Positions 39,140 to 53,580 of a stretch of 64,000 nucleotides of DNA are shown one piece after another. The stretch's first letter is position 1, and each line of letters begins with the position of its first letter. A program made the position numbers and the translations under genes. Origin of the DNA: Octopus vulgaris (Eukaryota); assembly GCA_951406725.2 (NCBI GenBank), contig OX597821.1, positions 88,970,001 to 89,034,000 of the forward strand, read 5' to 3'. The notes under the pieces are model-generated. The model saw only the letters and a list, made by a program, of their open reading frames with translations. It was not told the DNA's origin and did no database searches.

Positions 39140-39170
<31 letters not shown>

Positions 39171-39174
<4 letters not shown>

Positions 39175-39808
39175 TAGATATGTTTCGACCACAGATTGGT
39201 CCAGGCCATGTCTAACTTAATAGCACCACCTGATAGGATTATCTGAATCCTGTTTAAGTCAAGTTTTGTTTATGGTCCATTCAAGTAGTGAGTTTTTGTT
39301 GGGTGAGTTGTATCCAATTATGGGTGGCTTATCTGGTATTCCTTGAAGGAATCTATCCAGACTCCGTTTAAAGTTGATGGGATCCTTTTCCTCTTTGATC
39401 TCTTTCGGGACAATGTTAAATAGGGCAAGGCCTGTTGAGGAAAAGAAATTATGTTGCAGTGTACATGTATGCTGTGATCTTGAATTGGGCAGGGGACGTA
39501 TGGCCCGTGGTCCCGGTCTTGGATGAACCTTGAAGCTAATGTTCAGGTCGTTTGGGCAAAGTTGGCGGTATATTCTCCACATCGTACAAATGATGTACCG
39601 CTCACGGTGACGCTGGAGAGAGTAGAGTTTCAAGGCTTTAAGGCGGTCCCAATAATCGAGAGCAGCCATGCCTTCAATTCGTTTAGTGAGTGCCCTCTGG
39701 GGTGATTCAATCCTCCAGATATATTGTCTTGTATGGGGAGACCGCAGTGGGCAGCAGTATTCGAGGTGTGGCCGTACAAAGGAGGAGAAAAGTGGTATGA
39801 TGACACCA
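39171..39808 (-). mobile_element. CR1-group LINE 3' fragment (ORF2 C-terminus + 3' UTR)
   Basis: ORF 39259-39927: FVRPHLEYCCP..IESPQRALTKRIEGM..YWDRLKALKLYSLQRHRER; TA tracts at both ends. Confidence 0.9.
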
Positions 39809-40254
39809 TATATATATATAATGTGTGTGTTTATTTGGCAAAAAAATGACCATCCCGACATACAGCAGTATATATACATACAGAAATACACAGACACGCA
39901 CACACACGTATGCATAGCTAAGGCCACAGAATTTTAGAACCACGCAGCAGTTTTAACATATCTGAAGAATATAGCTAATCTATGGTCATTCTGTTTGTGA
40001 GATTGGCTTTCGTCAACTTGCACATGACTGGCTTCGTTACTGTTATGGCTGTTGCAAAAATTATCTTACTAACCTTATCTGAGACAATTCTTTGAGACAC
40101 TTGACATTTAAAATTGGTAATATCTTTTCCAAATGCTGGCGAAAACACGACTTATTCTTCCATACAAGTATATGCCATAATTACAGGAAACCTAAAGTTG
40201 AATAGTGAATTTACGAGTTTCATTGACATGAGTGAAACAAAAATCCTACCTATC

Positions 40255-40255
<1 letters not shown>

Positions 40256-40303
<48 letters not shown>

Positions 40304-40336
40304 CATCATTATTATTATTATTATCATTATTATTAC

Positions 40337-40380
<44 letters not shown>

Positions 40381-40420
40381 TATTATTATTATTATTATTA
40401 TTATCATTATTATTATTATT
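40256..40420. repeat. (TTA)n microsatellite
   Basis: Visible. Confidence 0.95.
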
Positions 40421-40454
40421 CAGTAGTAGTATTTTTATAGCGTGCTTTTATTAT

Positions 40455-40686
40455 TATTCTATGTTTGACTTTTGCTTTATGTCTGTACAAGTTGGCTCCA
40501 AGTCTCACCCAGAGACCTCAAGAGACAACAGGTTGGAAATTCACGTTACTGTTATGCCTAGTGTGCCATATATTTGGGTTTTTTTTTGGGGGGTGTTGTA
40601 CTAGTGAATGTCTAATACATAAATTTTTAAAAAAAAGTTTGTTTTAAACCTTGGGATTACATAGAGAGTATTTTGCGTAGGATATG
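40455..40686 (-). mobile_element. R4/Dong-like 3' end (second family)
   Basis: Minus strand HILRKILSM* then a 3' UTR ending catagaataataa; sits between TTA tracts. Confidence 0.55.
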
Positions 40687-40900
<214 letters not shown>

Positions 40901-40922
40901 ATTTAAAGAAAAATTTTTTTTA

Positions 40923-41193
40923 TTCAGTATTTTTATTTTTATAGCATGCTTTCACTTCATTACCGAGCACAGCTCTGTGTGCCTTGGTTTGTTGTGATGC
41001 TCTTATGGTTACTGTATTGAAAGCGTTTTGCGTAGGATGTGTGCAGTGCCCAGGAGTGCAATTTTCTGTATGTTATATATATTTGTATGTACTGGTGTTT
41101 TTATTATGTATTTGTCTGAATATTTTTATCATGTCTAATGCGCCCACTATGATAGGAATTGTTTCTGTTTTTAGATTCCACATTCGAGTTACT
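40923..41193 (-). mobile_element. R4/Dong-like 3' remnant (same family as 3214 and 54616)
   Basis: Minus VTRMWNLKTETIPIIVGAL..IQKIALLGTAHILRKTLS plus shared 3' UTR. Confidence 0.85.
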
Positions 41194-41195
41194 GT

Positions 41196-41805
41196 AAGCT
41201 CGCACAACGCGCATTACAAACGGAGACACAACAAATGTGGCCAGATATGTCCAATGGCTGTGGTGCGGTAAAGCAAACCACGAGAGAGCCAAACAATGGT
41301 ATGAACACAAGCCAGAAGGAGTAATGGCAAACGAACATTATAAAATACTCTGGGATTTAAATATGCAGTGCGACCAAACCATAGAAACATGACGGCCAGA
41401 TATCAATCATGCTCATCCATGAAGATGAAAAAGAAATAAAGATAATAGATGTCGCAATACCAGGCGATTCGAGGAAACAAAAAAGATTGAGAAATACCAG
41501 CTTATGCGGCACGAGATAGGAAAGTTATGGGGGCATGAGGAAAATAATGGTGATACCGGTGATAATTGGAGCTTTAGGAGCAGTTTCCAAGGGCTTTGGA
41601 AAGCATATTAAGAATATTGGAGCTGCTGTCAGGCTCGAGGCGATCCAGCAGATAGCATTGTTGGATACAGCTAGCATTATAAAGATGGTATTTTCACTTT
41701 GAGTCACAGGAGAAGGCACTACTTGAAACCTTTGGCGATTTGTTATTGCCTCCTTTGAAGTAAAGAATAACCGGTAATTAAGAACTAACCGAGAGTCTTT
41801 CAGAA
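41196..41805 (+). mobile_element. R4/Dong-like RLE endonuclease remnant (third family)
   Basis: YKRRHN..WYEHKPEGV..KILWD..RPDI..IIDVAIPGD..EKYQ..VIPVIIGALGAV..IQQIALLDTA, with frameshifts. Confidence 0.85.
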
Positions 41806-43289
41806 TAACAATAATGATAACAACAACAACAACAATAAATAAATCAATCAATGCCCTGATGCAGTACCAGGTACTGGCTCTCATTAACAATTGTAATATC
41901 CTTTGCGACTTTTCTGTAGAAATTTTTAGGTTTGTTTCGGACATAATTCTGTACTTGAAGAAATCTGATCTTTTGCGAGCCACTTCATACATTGTTTTGG
42001 CTCAGATCAGTTGCTTGATTTTCTTTTACTTTTCTTTTTTTTATTGTTTTTTTCATCGAGTCCACATATCCGTTTCATGGCATATTATCTTTTTGCCTCC
42101 TTAGCTTTGTGTAACATAACATTCTTTTTGTCTTGATGGATTTTGTTTTGACTATGTCCATATCTGATCTGAGTACGTTAAATTCATTTCTAATTCTTGC
42201 TTTGCAGGATCACTGTGTACATGTTTAGGAATACCATTAACTTCAATACCAAACATTGCAGGAGTTTTGGAATCTGCAGCGAAGATTAGATTATTCAGTG
42301 GGGAAAGATATACTTCACTTTCATTCAAAATGGATTTCATAGGCGCATTTATCTTACCTATCAAGCAGATTGGATTATGTTGTGAATCTTAGGAATGTCA
42401 TTGAAATCTCACAGATCAGTTTATCCCATCCACTTTAACATAATTTCTGTCATACGTTTGTCAACTTCTGTGTCTGCGTCTCCCCTTGCTCTGTAATCAG
42501 TCTTCTGGGCATCCGCATTAGTGACTATTTCTCCAAATATCTCAATCAGGGTATTTCACGTATTGGGTTCCACTTCTACAGCGGAGAGATGTTTTGAATC
42601 GTTATTTCCGTTCACATTTGTATGACAATTAGCCTGAAAATATATAGCATCTGTTGACTATCAATGTAAGCTTATTGGTTACGTTGTTTATGTGAAAATT
42701 AGTTTATTGCCACCTATGATTGGTATATCGGTAAAGGTTTTCTTGTAGCTTAATTATTTTTTTTTTTGGTATCAGATCTACGCGATGGGAATTATTGACC
42801 TTTAGGACACCAACTTTTGTTTTGTTGTAGCTTTATCAGATGAAGATGATATGCATAACGGATCAATTTTTGGCGATATCCTGTTAAAAGGGGTCTTTCA
42901 TGTTTGTATTTTGGGCAGAGATCAAACCATTAACAAGTTTTTCGATCCAAGGTTAGTTTGATCTAGGAAATGCAGAGCTATTTTCAGAACGAAACCTTAT
43001 ATGTTAAGCCTTTCCTTTACTAGGCATTTCTTATATACCTGCATATTACCCTTATCAATCAGGGGATGCCTTAATAGTATTTGGATAAATTGGTGAGGTT
43101 CCTCGGTGGCAAATCCAATCCTTTTTTTCTTATTGTAGGTATTAGATTAATTTTGATACTAAATGATATTTTATAAGTTTATACGGATTTCAAGCATCAT
43201 GATACACGATTCAATTTCGTGCGTCTCAGTTGCATAAAGTGCTTTTCTATTCGACTTTAGTAGTGCCTGTATATCTGTATATGCGCGTA

Positions 43290-43472
43290 GTTAATCCAAA
43301 AACGAACAAGCAAGAAAAAACAACAACGCGAGAACGTGGAATAAGCTCAGTGTTATTGGACGCTCAGGAAAGGAAAGAAAAGAAAGAGGACTTCACGTTT
43401 CGAGCGGAGCTCTTCGTCAGAAATGTAGAAAAAGTCCAAAGAAGGGAAGACGGAGATACACACGCGGTCATA
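43290..43472 (-). mobile_element. Element E2 copy
   Basis: Homologous to 9454-9660; motif at 43390-43424 with canonical CUGACGA core. Confidence 0.7.
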
Positions 43473-45482
43473 TATTGAAACAAAATAATAAGTGTAAATA
43501 TAAATGAAACTATTAACTGAAGGTCATATGCTAAGACGATTTCTTGCTGGTGTCATTATTAGATATTTGTAGACACCAGCACCTAAATATTGAGATCAGA
43601 ACAGTCATAGGTAGATAAAAGGAGACAGATGAAGAACGGGAGAAACAGACAGGATACAGACACACAGAGAGACTGACAGATAGGCAGGGGTGTCTAGATG
43701 CCATTGATAGATTCAGTAGATGTATGCCGGAGCAAAAAAGAGATTATGTTATTGGAGAAAGGGGATTAGAATTTAGAATCTGTTTTTATCGTTTGATGTT
43801 TTTATAGAACTGGCTGAGCTGACTTGTAAGGTCAAAAGAAGGTCAAAATATGTGACAGAAACTACAGGAATCACTGTTGTTTACTGTTTTCACTATCTAG
43901 CAGTGTTGCTAGATGTGGTAGTAGAAACGAGCCATGAAGACAAACAGGCTAATTCGTTTCACTTGCTGTTTCTATTTGTCTTCCCGAATAGATAAATAAA
44001 TAAATATATGCATCAGTGCATCATTGCTGTATTTACAATATTTAATAGGTGAGTTTTGTGATAGTATAAAGTGCTGTTGGTGGCGTTTAACGGTTTTACA
44101 GTGAATCATGAAAAAGAATTGACTAACTCGTTCTACCGATTACTATTTGTATTTGTCATCACGGATAGAGAAATAAATAAATAAATACATCATAGCCGCG
44201 TTTACAGCGTTTCATGTTTGTTTTTTTACAGTGGTATAAATAGTTTTGGAAGAATTTAATAGTTTTCTAAGTTTTGTTAAAATATTGACTGCAGTTTACA
44301 GCTTTGGTAACTGTGTGGTTTGTTATGATTTCAACTGTTCAGCTTTTGTAGTTGTTTTAAGCTCTAGAAAAGTCTTTTGAATTTTGAAATTGTTTTGCAT
44401 TTTGAATTATGCAGCGAAACAAATGCTACCTGGAGTGTCTCAAAATTTCCTTCGTGATGAAAGAGAACAGATGTTTGTGTTCGAGTAGTCAGAAGAAATT
44501 ATGAACTCACAGAAAACGGTAGATTCTGAATTTTTGAAACTATTTCTTTAGTTAGATAGTCTGAGGTGCTTTACAGTTTTCTTGTAATGAAAAAGAGCAG
44601 ATTTTGAAGATTTTGAGGTTTTCTTCTGGAGAAAATTTCATTTTGACAGCTGAGTGAGTTTTTATATCTATTTCTTCAGCTTCCGATTTGATGGAGATAC
44701 AGAAAATCCGTCTAGTCATTACTGCTGTTCCATTATGATTATTAATGCATAAAATCAAATTGGAAAGCTACAGAAAAAATTAGCATGCCCTCTGTGTAAG
44801 TATGACATGCATATTCAAGGAGGATTTCATGTCTTTTCTACTAGAAAAATCATCACCACCTGGAAAAAAATGCTTAGTGATATTTCTTTCATCTCCTTAA
44901 TTTCTTAGTTCAAACCCTACTAAAGTCAACCTTGCCTTTCTTCCTTTCGGGGCCATTAATATAGAAGTCATCCAAAATGAAGGTGCGCAAAACTCTTGTC
45001 AGAGTTTCCTTCATCTCAATGTCTTCAAAACGATTACCGCTGAGTTTCTTTTACTCTCTCAAAGCCTCCACAAAGTACCCTTTGCCGACTGCCTGGTCAG
45101 AGGGACATAGATGATACTCTTGCTGTCGAAATAAGGAGTCATCGTGAGCTTCTGGTAGACATATTCTACTTGGCGTTCTGGGGAACCAGAATGCTTCCAC
45201 TGGGCCCTCTCTATTTTGGTTTCTTGTTTATAAAAGTAGATCTAGCTCTCCTCATTCATCACCAGAGATTCAAGTGCTCTTGGATAGAAGTACTGAGTTT
45301 AATCATGTGTTTAACAATCTTCCTGCTATCACCTACGCGTATTTCCTTTTAATCCTTACTGAGCACCCTGGGAACAAACTTTGCACAGATTTCTATCATG
45401 TCCCGATCTTCATGAATAATTGCGTACAGTTGCCGGACTAACTCTATACACGATGCTTTTTGCCTTTATAGACACACGATGG

Positions 45483-45649
45483 TTAAAAAAGAAGGTAGAT
45501 CTATACTGTAACTTTGTGCTTCATTAAATTTTCCTGGAGACGTTCAAACGACTTGAACACCCTCAACTTGATAGGTTATCTAATCTTCCGCAGACACCAG
45601 CTTAGTATTTTAGGCATTCGGCTGTCCGTAAACTTCGGGGTACATTTAG
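45483..45649. repeat. ~167-bp direct repeat, copy 1
   Basis: About 10 differences from 47574-47739 by eye. Confidence 0.9.
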
Positions 45650-45825
45650 CGCGCTGGACAAAATATTTAGTGGCGTTTTGTCCGCCTTCACGTTCAGACT
45701 TCAAATCCTGCCGATATCGACTATGCCGTTTATCCTTTTAGGAGTGATGAAATAAGTACCAGTTGAGCACTGGGGTCGATGTAATCGGCTTGCACCCTCC
45801 CCTACGTTAGCCGGACTTTTGACAA
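45650..45825 (+). mobile_element. Degenerate SINE family B, head missing
   Basis: ttcaaatcctgccga...aaataagtaccagttgagcactggggtcgatgtaatc. Confidence 0.7.
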
Positions 45826-47573
45826 CCAGAAAACCAGAAAAATGCTAATTTTCTCAGTCACCTTTGATATTCTAGCATCCCTCTATCTCCCGCATCTCTC
45901 ATTAATTTTCACTTCCTCCCTACCGTCCTTGAATTTCTTGTGTCAATCAAAAACATGTTCTGCTCATGCAAGTTAGTCCATAAGCAGTTTGGAACATTTT
46001 ATAAGTTTCTGTAGCATTTTGCTCAGTCTAACACAAAACTTTATCGCATATCAAGTTTCTAAATTGCCTTTACATCCTGACTGCATTCCGCGAACTAGTT
46101 AGCTGTGACAAATAGTATTTCGTAGTGTTGTCCAATGTGATAGTAAAAGACTTAGCATGTCAGACTGTTAGATGTATAGTTATGGTATATTAAAATTCTA
46201 GTAGTCTAAATCAGTTCAAACTGCCTCTTCTAAAAGGTCTCAAAATTTCTGGAATGCATTTCGTATGCTTCTAAGGCTTTCAATATTTACTCAAAAGAAA
46301 TATTGTCGGAATTTTTTCAGGAGTCACATCTGACATTACTTAAATTTTTATTTTTGCATGTTCTATTCCGCTATTCAACAATCGGTCTTATATCCACCGG
46401 AATTCCATTTACGTTCTCTTCATTCTTATAGAATGATCGTGTTTTCCTCAGGAAAATTGTACATTTTTCAATAAGTATTGAAATCAGAATTTTCTAAGTC
46501 GCAGTATGACATATAACAGGTCTATAGTTCATCGTCGCCATGGTTTCTCGTGTTTTCCGCAAGTGGTATATTGTATATTATAGCCCGCTCTACCACTTTA
46601 GCCATTGTTGTTGTTCCACATCTTTTGTCATTTCATTCTCCCTTTTGATTTAATTTTCTCATACTTTTCGGGGGTACTTCAGATATTCTTCCAAAGTTCG
46701 TAAACTTCAATCATATAAGGTGGATACAGTATAGCTATTGCTAAGTTCTCCATTTCTCTGTAAAATTTCTTTGTGTTTAAAAAATCTTTTGTCTTTGAAA
46801 CTTCGTTTTTTCATATCGTGTAATCCTTTGTGTTCTGGCTCGTATCCGGTGTTTCGGGGTCTCATTCATGGTACTGAAGCATTTTCATCTGATCTCTTTT
46901 ATTTCTATTAAGTTTTCTTGCTTTACTAGTTTTGACATTTATTCGTTTCCAAAGCTGATCCACAATGAGAAATTCTGCTCTCAGACTTTCTGTTCGCATT
47001 TTGACTTATCACTTTAGACGTTTGTTACATGTTAGATTTTCTTATTCTTCAAATCTGATTTTGTTTTTATCAAAGCTTTTGTCATAAAGCATATAAAGCT
47101 ATTGATGATTGTTAGATCAATTTCACCTTCTCATAGTATTTCTTTCATTGCTGTATTTTACGTTTTAATCGTGTATTCATTTTTCTGATTATTTTGGAAT
47201 TTTGGCAGCTGGGCATTTATTTCTTTTATATTTTCTTCAAAGAATGGGATATCATCTTTATAACCTTCATTCTCTGAGTCCTGACTGTTATTTTCTTCAA
47301 TGCGTTCGTAGTTTCTAATCTCATACTTGCTGATAAGTTTCATCTTCAGTCACGTTATTTACAGCGACTACAGTTATCCAAGCATTGTTTGTTCTGTTTT
47401 AAAGCACTTGTTCATGTACTCGCTTGGTTTGAGCTCATCTTAAATCTAGTTCGACTTGTCAGAGTTTTGCTTTCTTAATATATTACTGCGTATATGCCTA
47501 GCTTATTAGCATTTAAGTATTTATATATGATCGTGGGACCCACCATTTTGTACCTGGAATCTAGCAAAAGATT

Positions 47574-47739
47574 TTAAAAAAGAAGGTAGATCTATACTGT
47601 AACTTTGTGCTTTATCAAATTTTCCTGGAGACGCTCAAAGGACTTGAACACCCTTATCTTGATAGGTTATCTAATCTTCTTCAGACACCAGCTTAGTATT
47701 TTAGGCATTAGGCTGTCCGTAACTTCGGGGTACATTTAG
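47574..47739. repeat. ~167-bp direct repeat, copy 2
   Basis: See 45483-45649. Confidence 0.9.
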
Positions 47740-50370
47740 GTACTTAAAGTGGGGGTAGAGCTGCATGTAAAACATGTTTTTAAAATGGCATGTAATGATT
47801 TAGATCTAATATTATCGTATGCCATATTAATAGTTTGTGTGATTATAAAGCTTATATTATACTGAAAACTAATTTTTCTAGGATCAGTATTGAATATGTT
47901 GTGAGCACATAACTTAAACCACTTTAAAATCATATTTGGATCTTCAGATACAAAAGTGAAACCAACAGCATATTATGGACAGCTTTAAATAAAATACAGA
48001 CAATTAAGAGTATATCAGAGTAACGGAGCATTTGCTTCGAAGAGAGACTCACATCATCTACCATCCTATCTCAATCTTAAATACTAGAACGAACAAATTT
48101 CGCCTTGCTTGCACATACCAAAATTCTTACTTGAGCATTTCAATAAAAAAAAAATTCTACTGCCTGATGCTTAACAAAAGACAAAGCGATTGATACCTTT
48201 TTATACATCATGATTTTATTATTATTAGTTCCAAACCTTTTGTCATGTGCGGTCTGCATACTAAAAATACCCTCAGTTCAGGAATGCAAACACTTTTCGT
48301 TGTACACAAATCACAATACTAACATTTTAATGACTTCTAATATGAATGATATTATCTATGTTTATGTTTTTAACTGGTCCCCTTTCTTGCTCTGAATATA
48401 TGCGTGCCCATGCATGTTTTGCAACCAAAGCCCTTAAGAAATATGTGTGCGCACAAATGGTTAGTTGCTGCACGTAGTCTAATGATTAATAAGTGTATTT
48501 ATTGAAAATAATCACTTAGTTAATTGTTTCTATTAATTAGTTAGTCATTTAAATATCACAGTAATGTATCAGCGATTTATATCGTCCCATGTCCCTTGTT
48601 TTGGTTCGGGCCGTAGTAGCAGGAATACGGTTTCAGCCATGGTTAATCAATATGTTCGCATCATAAACGTAACAAATATTTGTTTCAAATTCAATAAATG
48701 GTTTAGTGGAAATTATTGAGACAAGCACAAGTTAACAGTGTCGAATGCCAAAAAAACAAAAAAAGCAAAGAATATAAAGCTCACAAGAATTGCCAATCTT
48801 TATAAAGCTTTGGGCCTGAATTAGTAGAATCTACTGCACCAAATACTCATGAGGTAATGAATATTAAGCTACGAAAAATATTTAACCATCATTAAAAATC
48901 TGGAATATGTGCCTGCATTGTCGTGATGCAAAATTTTATGGAGAAATTGTTAATAGTAAAAAGAAGGATGAAATTTTTTCGAGGCAGAATTCACATAAAA
49001 TAGCAGCATATGTAACACAATATTTAACGAAGTAAAATGTTCAGGTTTCGCTTGGTCAATGTAACATTCGTTTTCGTTGGTTTTACAAATCGGTTGTGTG
49101 ATTATTAGAAAAAGGCGTTCTGAAATGAAACAGAATGTTCAAGTTTCGACTTCACCTTAATTATATATTGCAGGTTCACGTTAAGAGACGATCAAGTTAT
49201 TATCTTATGAATAAAATATGGTAGATTTTCAATTTCAAAAATTTTGTGCAAAAAAAAAAATTCTTAAATGCAAATAGATTTTTCAACTATGCTCGAATGC
49301 TGATATTCATAATTTAAAATTAAAAATTATGTTGCCTTGAAATGTTGATGGACATGAAGAGAATATCTCTTGCAACTTGAGTGGTTGTGAGAGTAAGTTC
49401 TACCTAATAACTGAACTTAAAAGTTGAGGAAACGTTTAAGTGAATGATTGTCATTGAGATAGCCTAATTACAAGTAAAAGCTATAAAATGAATGGCAGGT
49501 CTATTCATCTATACAAACAAAAGCTACAAAGTATTGGTACATTTCCAAAAAGTGAAGTGAAAACAGTAACAATATGACCTACATGAGCGTTAATGTAAAA
49601 ATTTCCTTGTTTTCAATTGAAGTACTTATAATTTATCTAGCTTTGTAATTAAATAAATTTTAATTCAATTATTTTATGCAACATTATTAATAATAACGTG
49701 TGAACAGAATTTAATGAATTTATTTCCAAATTGCATCATATAATACAAGAATTGTTCACTGATATTTTATTTGATGGAACAACTTAGCGAAGTAGCATAG
49801 AATAAAATCTTACTAACATATTTAACTTCAGAGAAGGCAAGCATACTAGAATTAAATTAAAGCAGGCGAGCCTGTAAAGTCAGAATACGACAACCTCCTC
49901 GCCAACAAAAGTGCATTTAAACGGAGAACAGGAAAATATTTTTAGGAACTTCATCAAAGGAAAATGTATTGGATTTTCATTAACTTCAAAATTTTGTTTT
50001 TCTTTCATCCAAATTTATAAAAATTCAATAAGTTTTCTTTCGTGAATATTTCTAAACACATCTAAGCCTAGAGGAGTTTCGATAAGTTTATTTCATTAAC
50101 ATTCCTAATTTATATTTCATATCCTTCTTTACAATAACTGTTGTGAAAGGGCAGTGATGGTGGTGTTGGGGACAGCAGTTTTGTCCACGCCTGATTAAAA
50201 CAGCAATACGATTATATAAATCATGAGACAAATGATGGGTCAATATTAGAAAATTCCATGCGCACAAAAGTTCATTTTACAGAAAGTTTAGAAAAAGAAA
50301 AAAATATTTGCACAAATAGAGAATTCTGCAACATGCTGACTAAATTTAAAGTTTAATGTTAATAATGATG

Positions 50371-50378
50371 TTCTTCTT

Positions 50379-50470
<92 letters not shown>
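50371..50470. repeat. (TTC)n-(TTA)n microsatellite
   Basis: Visible. Confidence 0.95.
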
Positions 50471-50472
<2 letters not shown>

Positions 50473-50998
50473 TTGCCGCGAAGTACATCGGACGTGTTTC
50501 GAACGCTCCAAATAAGTCCTTTTGAAAACATTTGTCTTACACCCATTTGGTGCCGATTTTTCAGTTTACATTTTGCTCCAGGTTGTTAATAGATATACCA
50601 GGAACCTGTCATTTAGTTTCGGTGTTTGTTTGCCCCTCGCGGGGCTATATTTGGATCTGCAAATCAGTTCGGTGGGCGTTTAATCATATATAATCCAACA
50701 AGATGGTTGAGCCCATCTTGAAAGAGTTAAGAATAAATCTGCCCATTCCGCAGCAGGTCTAGTGACTGATGAAATTTCCCTCCACTTCCCTCTTTTACTG
50801 GCATCAATATAGGAAAAGTGGAGGAGAAACCACAGGGAGTGAAAGTACAAAGCCCACCTCGCCGCAGCAGCAGTGGAAACATCAACAGCAGTGGTAGCTG
50901 TGACAGCAACAGCGGCAGCAGTAACAGTAGCAACAGCAGTCGTAGTAGTATTAGTGGTAGCAGCAGCAATGCGAGAAAGAGCAACAGCAGCAACAGAG

Positions 50999-51182
50999 TG
51001 GAGGCGCAATGGCCCAGCGGTTAGGGCAGCGGACTCGCGGTGGTAAGAACGCGGTTTCGATTCCCAGACCAGGCATTGTGAGTGTTTATTGAGCAAGAAC
51101 ACCTAAGCTCCACGAGACTCCGGCAGGGGGGGGGGGACCCCGCTGTACTCTTTCACCACAACTTTCTTTCACTCTTTCTTCC
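50999..51182 (+). mobile_element. SINE family C 5' part
   Basis: TGGCCCAGCGG A-box, GTTTCGATTCC B-box, TCG anticodon-like loop. Confidence 0.85.
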
Positions 51183-52353
51183 CAGGTCAACGTCGCACCC
51201 CAAGGGGGTTCAGACTATTATGTAGGGTTATCGCTGATCGGAAGAGAAAAAGAGAGGGAGAGAGAGATAGACAGACAGAGAGATAGGGAGATAGAAAGAG
51301 GGAGAGAGAGTGAGTGAGAGAACGAGATAATGGTGTCAAAAAATGCGTTTAGATCAAATATTGAATAGTAAATCTGTCGGGAAATTGAAACTGAAATCTA
51401 TTTCTTCATTTATACACGGTGAAATTTACAATTAAAATAAGGCTTTAAGAAAAAATTAATGTACATATATCGATAAATTATGGATAAATTTGGGATTTGT
51501 ATATCTCGATAAATTTATTATGAACTAACAGGAATGTTAAAACTCTTGTTTTGATAAAGTTTCAACTTTATCAAAAGTAAAAAGATAAAAAAAGTAAAAA
51601 AGAAAAGAAAGAAATTAATCATTTGGTTTATTTGTGGCTTGTATATATATTGATAAATTGTTAGCTTTCAAAAGTGAATGAAAGACTGTGATACAATAGG
51701 ATAAAACAAAGAATAAATATTTATAATAACAGTGACGGTTAATAACCAAATCATTCTGGGGAAAGCATCATTACGTTTATATATAATCTAATGCTTTAAA
51801 AAATGTTAAAATAGTATAGCAAGTGTTCCACTATAAAGGGAAAAACATTTTTAGCATTTTTTAAACTAAATATTTCGCGACTGTCAGACTAATTTTATTT
51901 GCTTTGGAAATATTGTCCGATCGAAAACTATTGGTTGCTTGAACGAAAGAATTTATTAGATAATATCAATTCTCGGATATATAGCGTTTTCGATACTTTA
52001 CAATTGGTGGAAGCTTACTAATAGCTTACGAACAAGTCTTTGCAAATATACTTACACGCATACATATACACACGTATTTAACGATATATATTCTTGTAAA
52101 GAGATCTGTGTGTGTAATTGTCTATGCCAAACTATATGTGTGCGGCTAAGTGTACACAAATATAATATTCTGCTTTTACATATACACACCTATACATACA
52201 CATAAATATACATATATACAAAAAACACGCATGTGTGTGTGTGTGTAAGTGTTTCTAAGTTTGTGCATAGACACGCTCATAAAATTCTTACGTATGCACA
52301 CACACACATATATGTATGTATCTGTGTGTATATATATATATATATATATATGG

Positions 52354-52403
<50 letters not shown>

Positions 52404-53493
52404 TTACGCGTGTATGTATACATTCATCCATGCATACATACATACATACATACATACATACATACATACATACATACATACATACATACATACATACATA
52501 CTCTTTAGACTTTCTATTCATAAATTATTTGACTAAAATTATCTCTTTGCAACAACACCATCTGATATTGCCATTTTAACCAGCATGCAACACTGCCTGT
52601 GCTGCACGCCTCAATAAAGATGCTGATTGGCTGAACAGGAGAGGTTAAAATTTCAAGGCCTGTGCACTGAACTTAACAGTCGATCATGATGATTAACTGG
52701 AGCGCTATGAAGGATCAAAGCTCTTCCTCCTTTTTGAAAAGCCCTTCTCCACCTCCATTTCCCCCATAAACATTACCATACACAGCAACTATTTCCAGTA
52801 TCACCATTTACATCATCACCACCAGTTTGTTTCACTCCCTCACTCTCACACATTCACCACACTTATGTCTACTTCACAAGTCATCTTTACTGTCACCGGC
52901 GTCTCTATATGATATTAATAAACAACCTACATTACGGATATCATCAATATGTAGGCCACCGCCCGCAAAGGAAACGTCTATATAAATGTCTACCAGCTAG
53001 AAATAACAGAATACATTGAATAATATTACCCTAAATAAACACTACCTAAAAAGCACATATATAAAATTAACAAAATAAGATGATCATGGATGGAATGCCT
53101 TTCATCTCAGACCTGCTTGCTCAGAGTTTTGGTAGCTGATCCAGCAACTAAATTCACTAAAGATTGTACGACGTGCCTTTATTTTCAGATTTCGTGTGCA
53201 AATATTCATTATTTCAGTGAACGATATATATATATGTAAATATGTATATTAATTGTAGAATAGAATTCATTAGAATCTAGGCCCATTAGAATCTAGGTAA
53301 CACGTAGGTCAACAGAAATGGCTAGTTATAAAAGCATAAGGTTCAAAGTAAGGTAAGATAACCATGAAGGTATCAGATGCTGGTAAAATACTGCACATAT
53401 GCAACCACCAAATCCAATTTAAAGAGTATATCCAACTCAAGGTTGGTTCTAAGTGCGGCGTAGGTATATAAAAAGAACAGAAATGAAGATTAA

Positions 53494-53580
53494 AATTTAT
53501 GAGAGCCGTTTCGGTAGAATTTTATTAATGTATACATAGATTATATCATAGCCTATAAACCACCGTCTTCAGGTAAAATT
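53494..53580 (-). ncRNA. Degenerate hammerhead-like motif with long stem II insert
   Basis: AAUUUUAC CUGAAGA C GGU..(~45 nt)..ACC GAAA CGGCUC UC AUAAAUU. Confidence 0.4.

Noticed and set aside
45483-47739. LTR retrotransposon
   Set aside because: No TG..CA ends, PBS, PPT or gag/pol motifs recognised
50999-51075. tRNA-Arg gene
   Set aside because: Cloverleaf incomplete and continuous with a SINE body repeated elsewhere in the window
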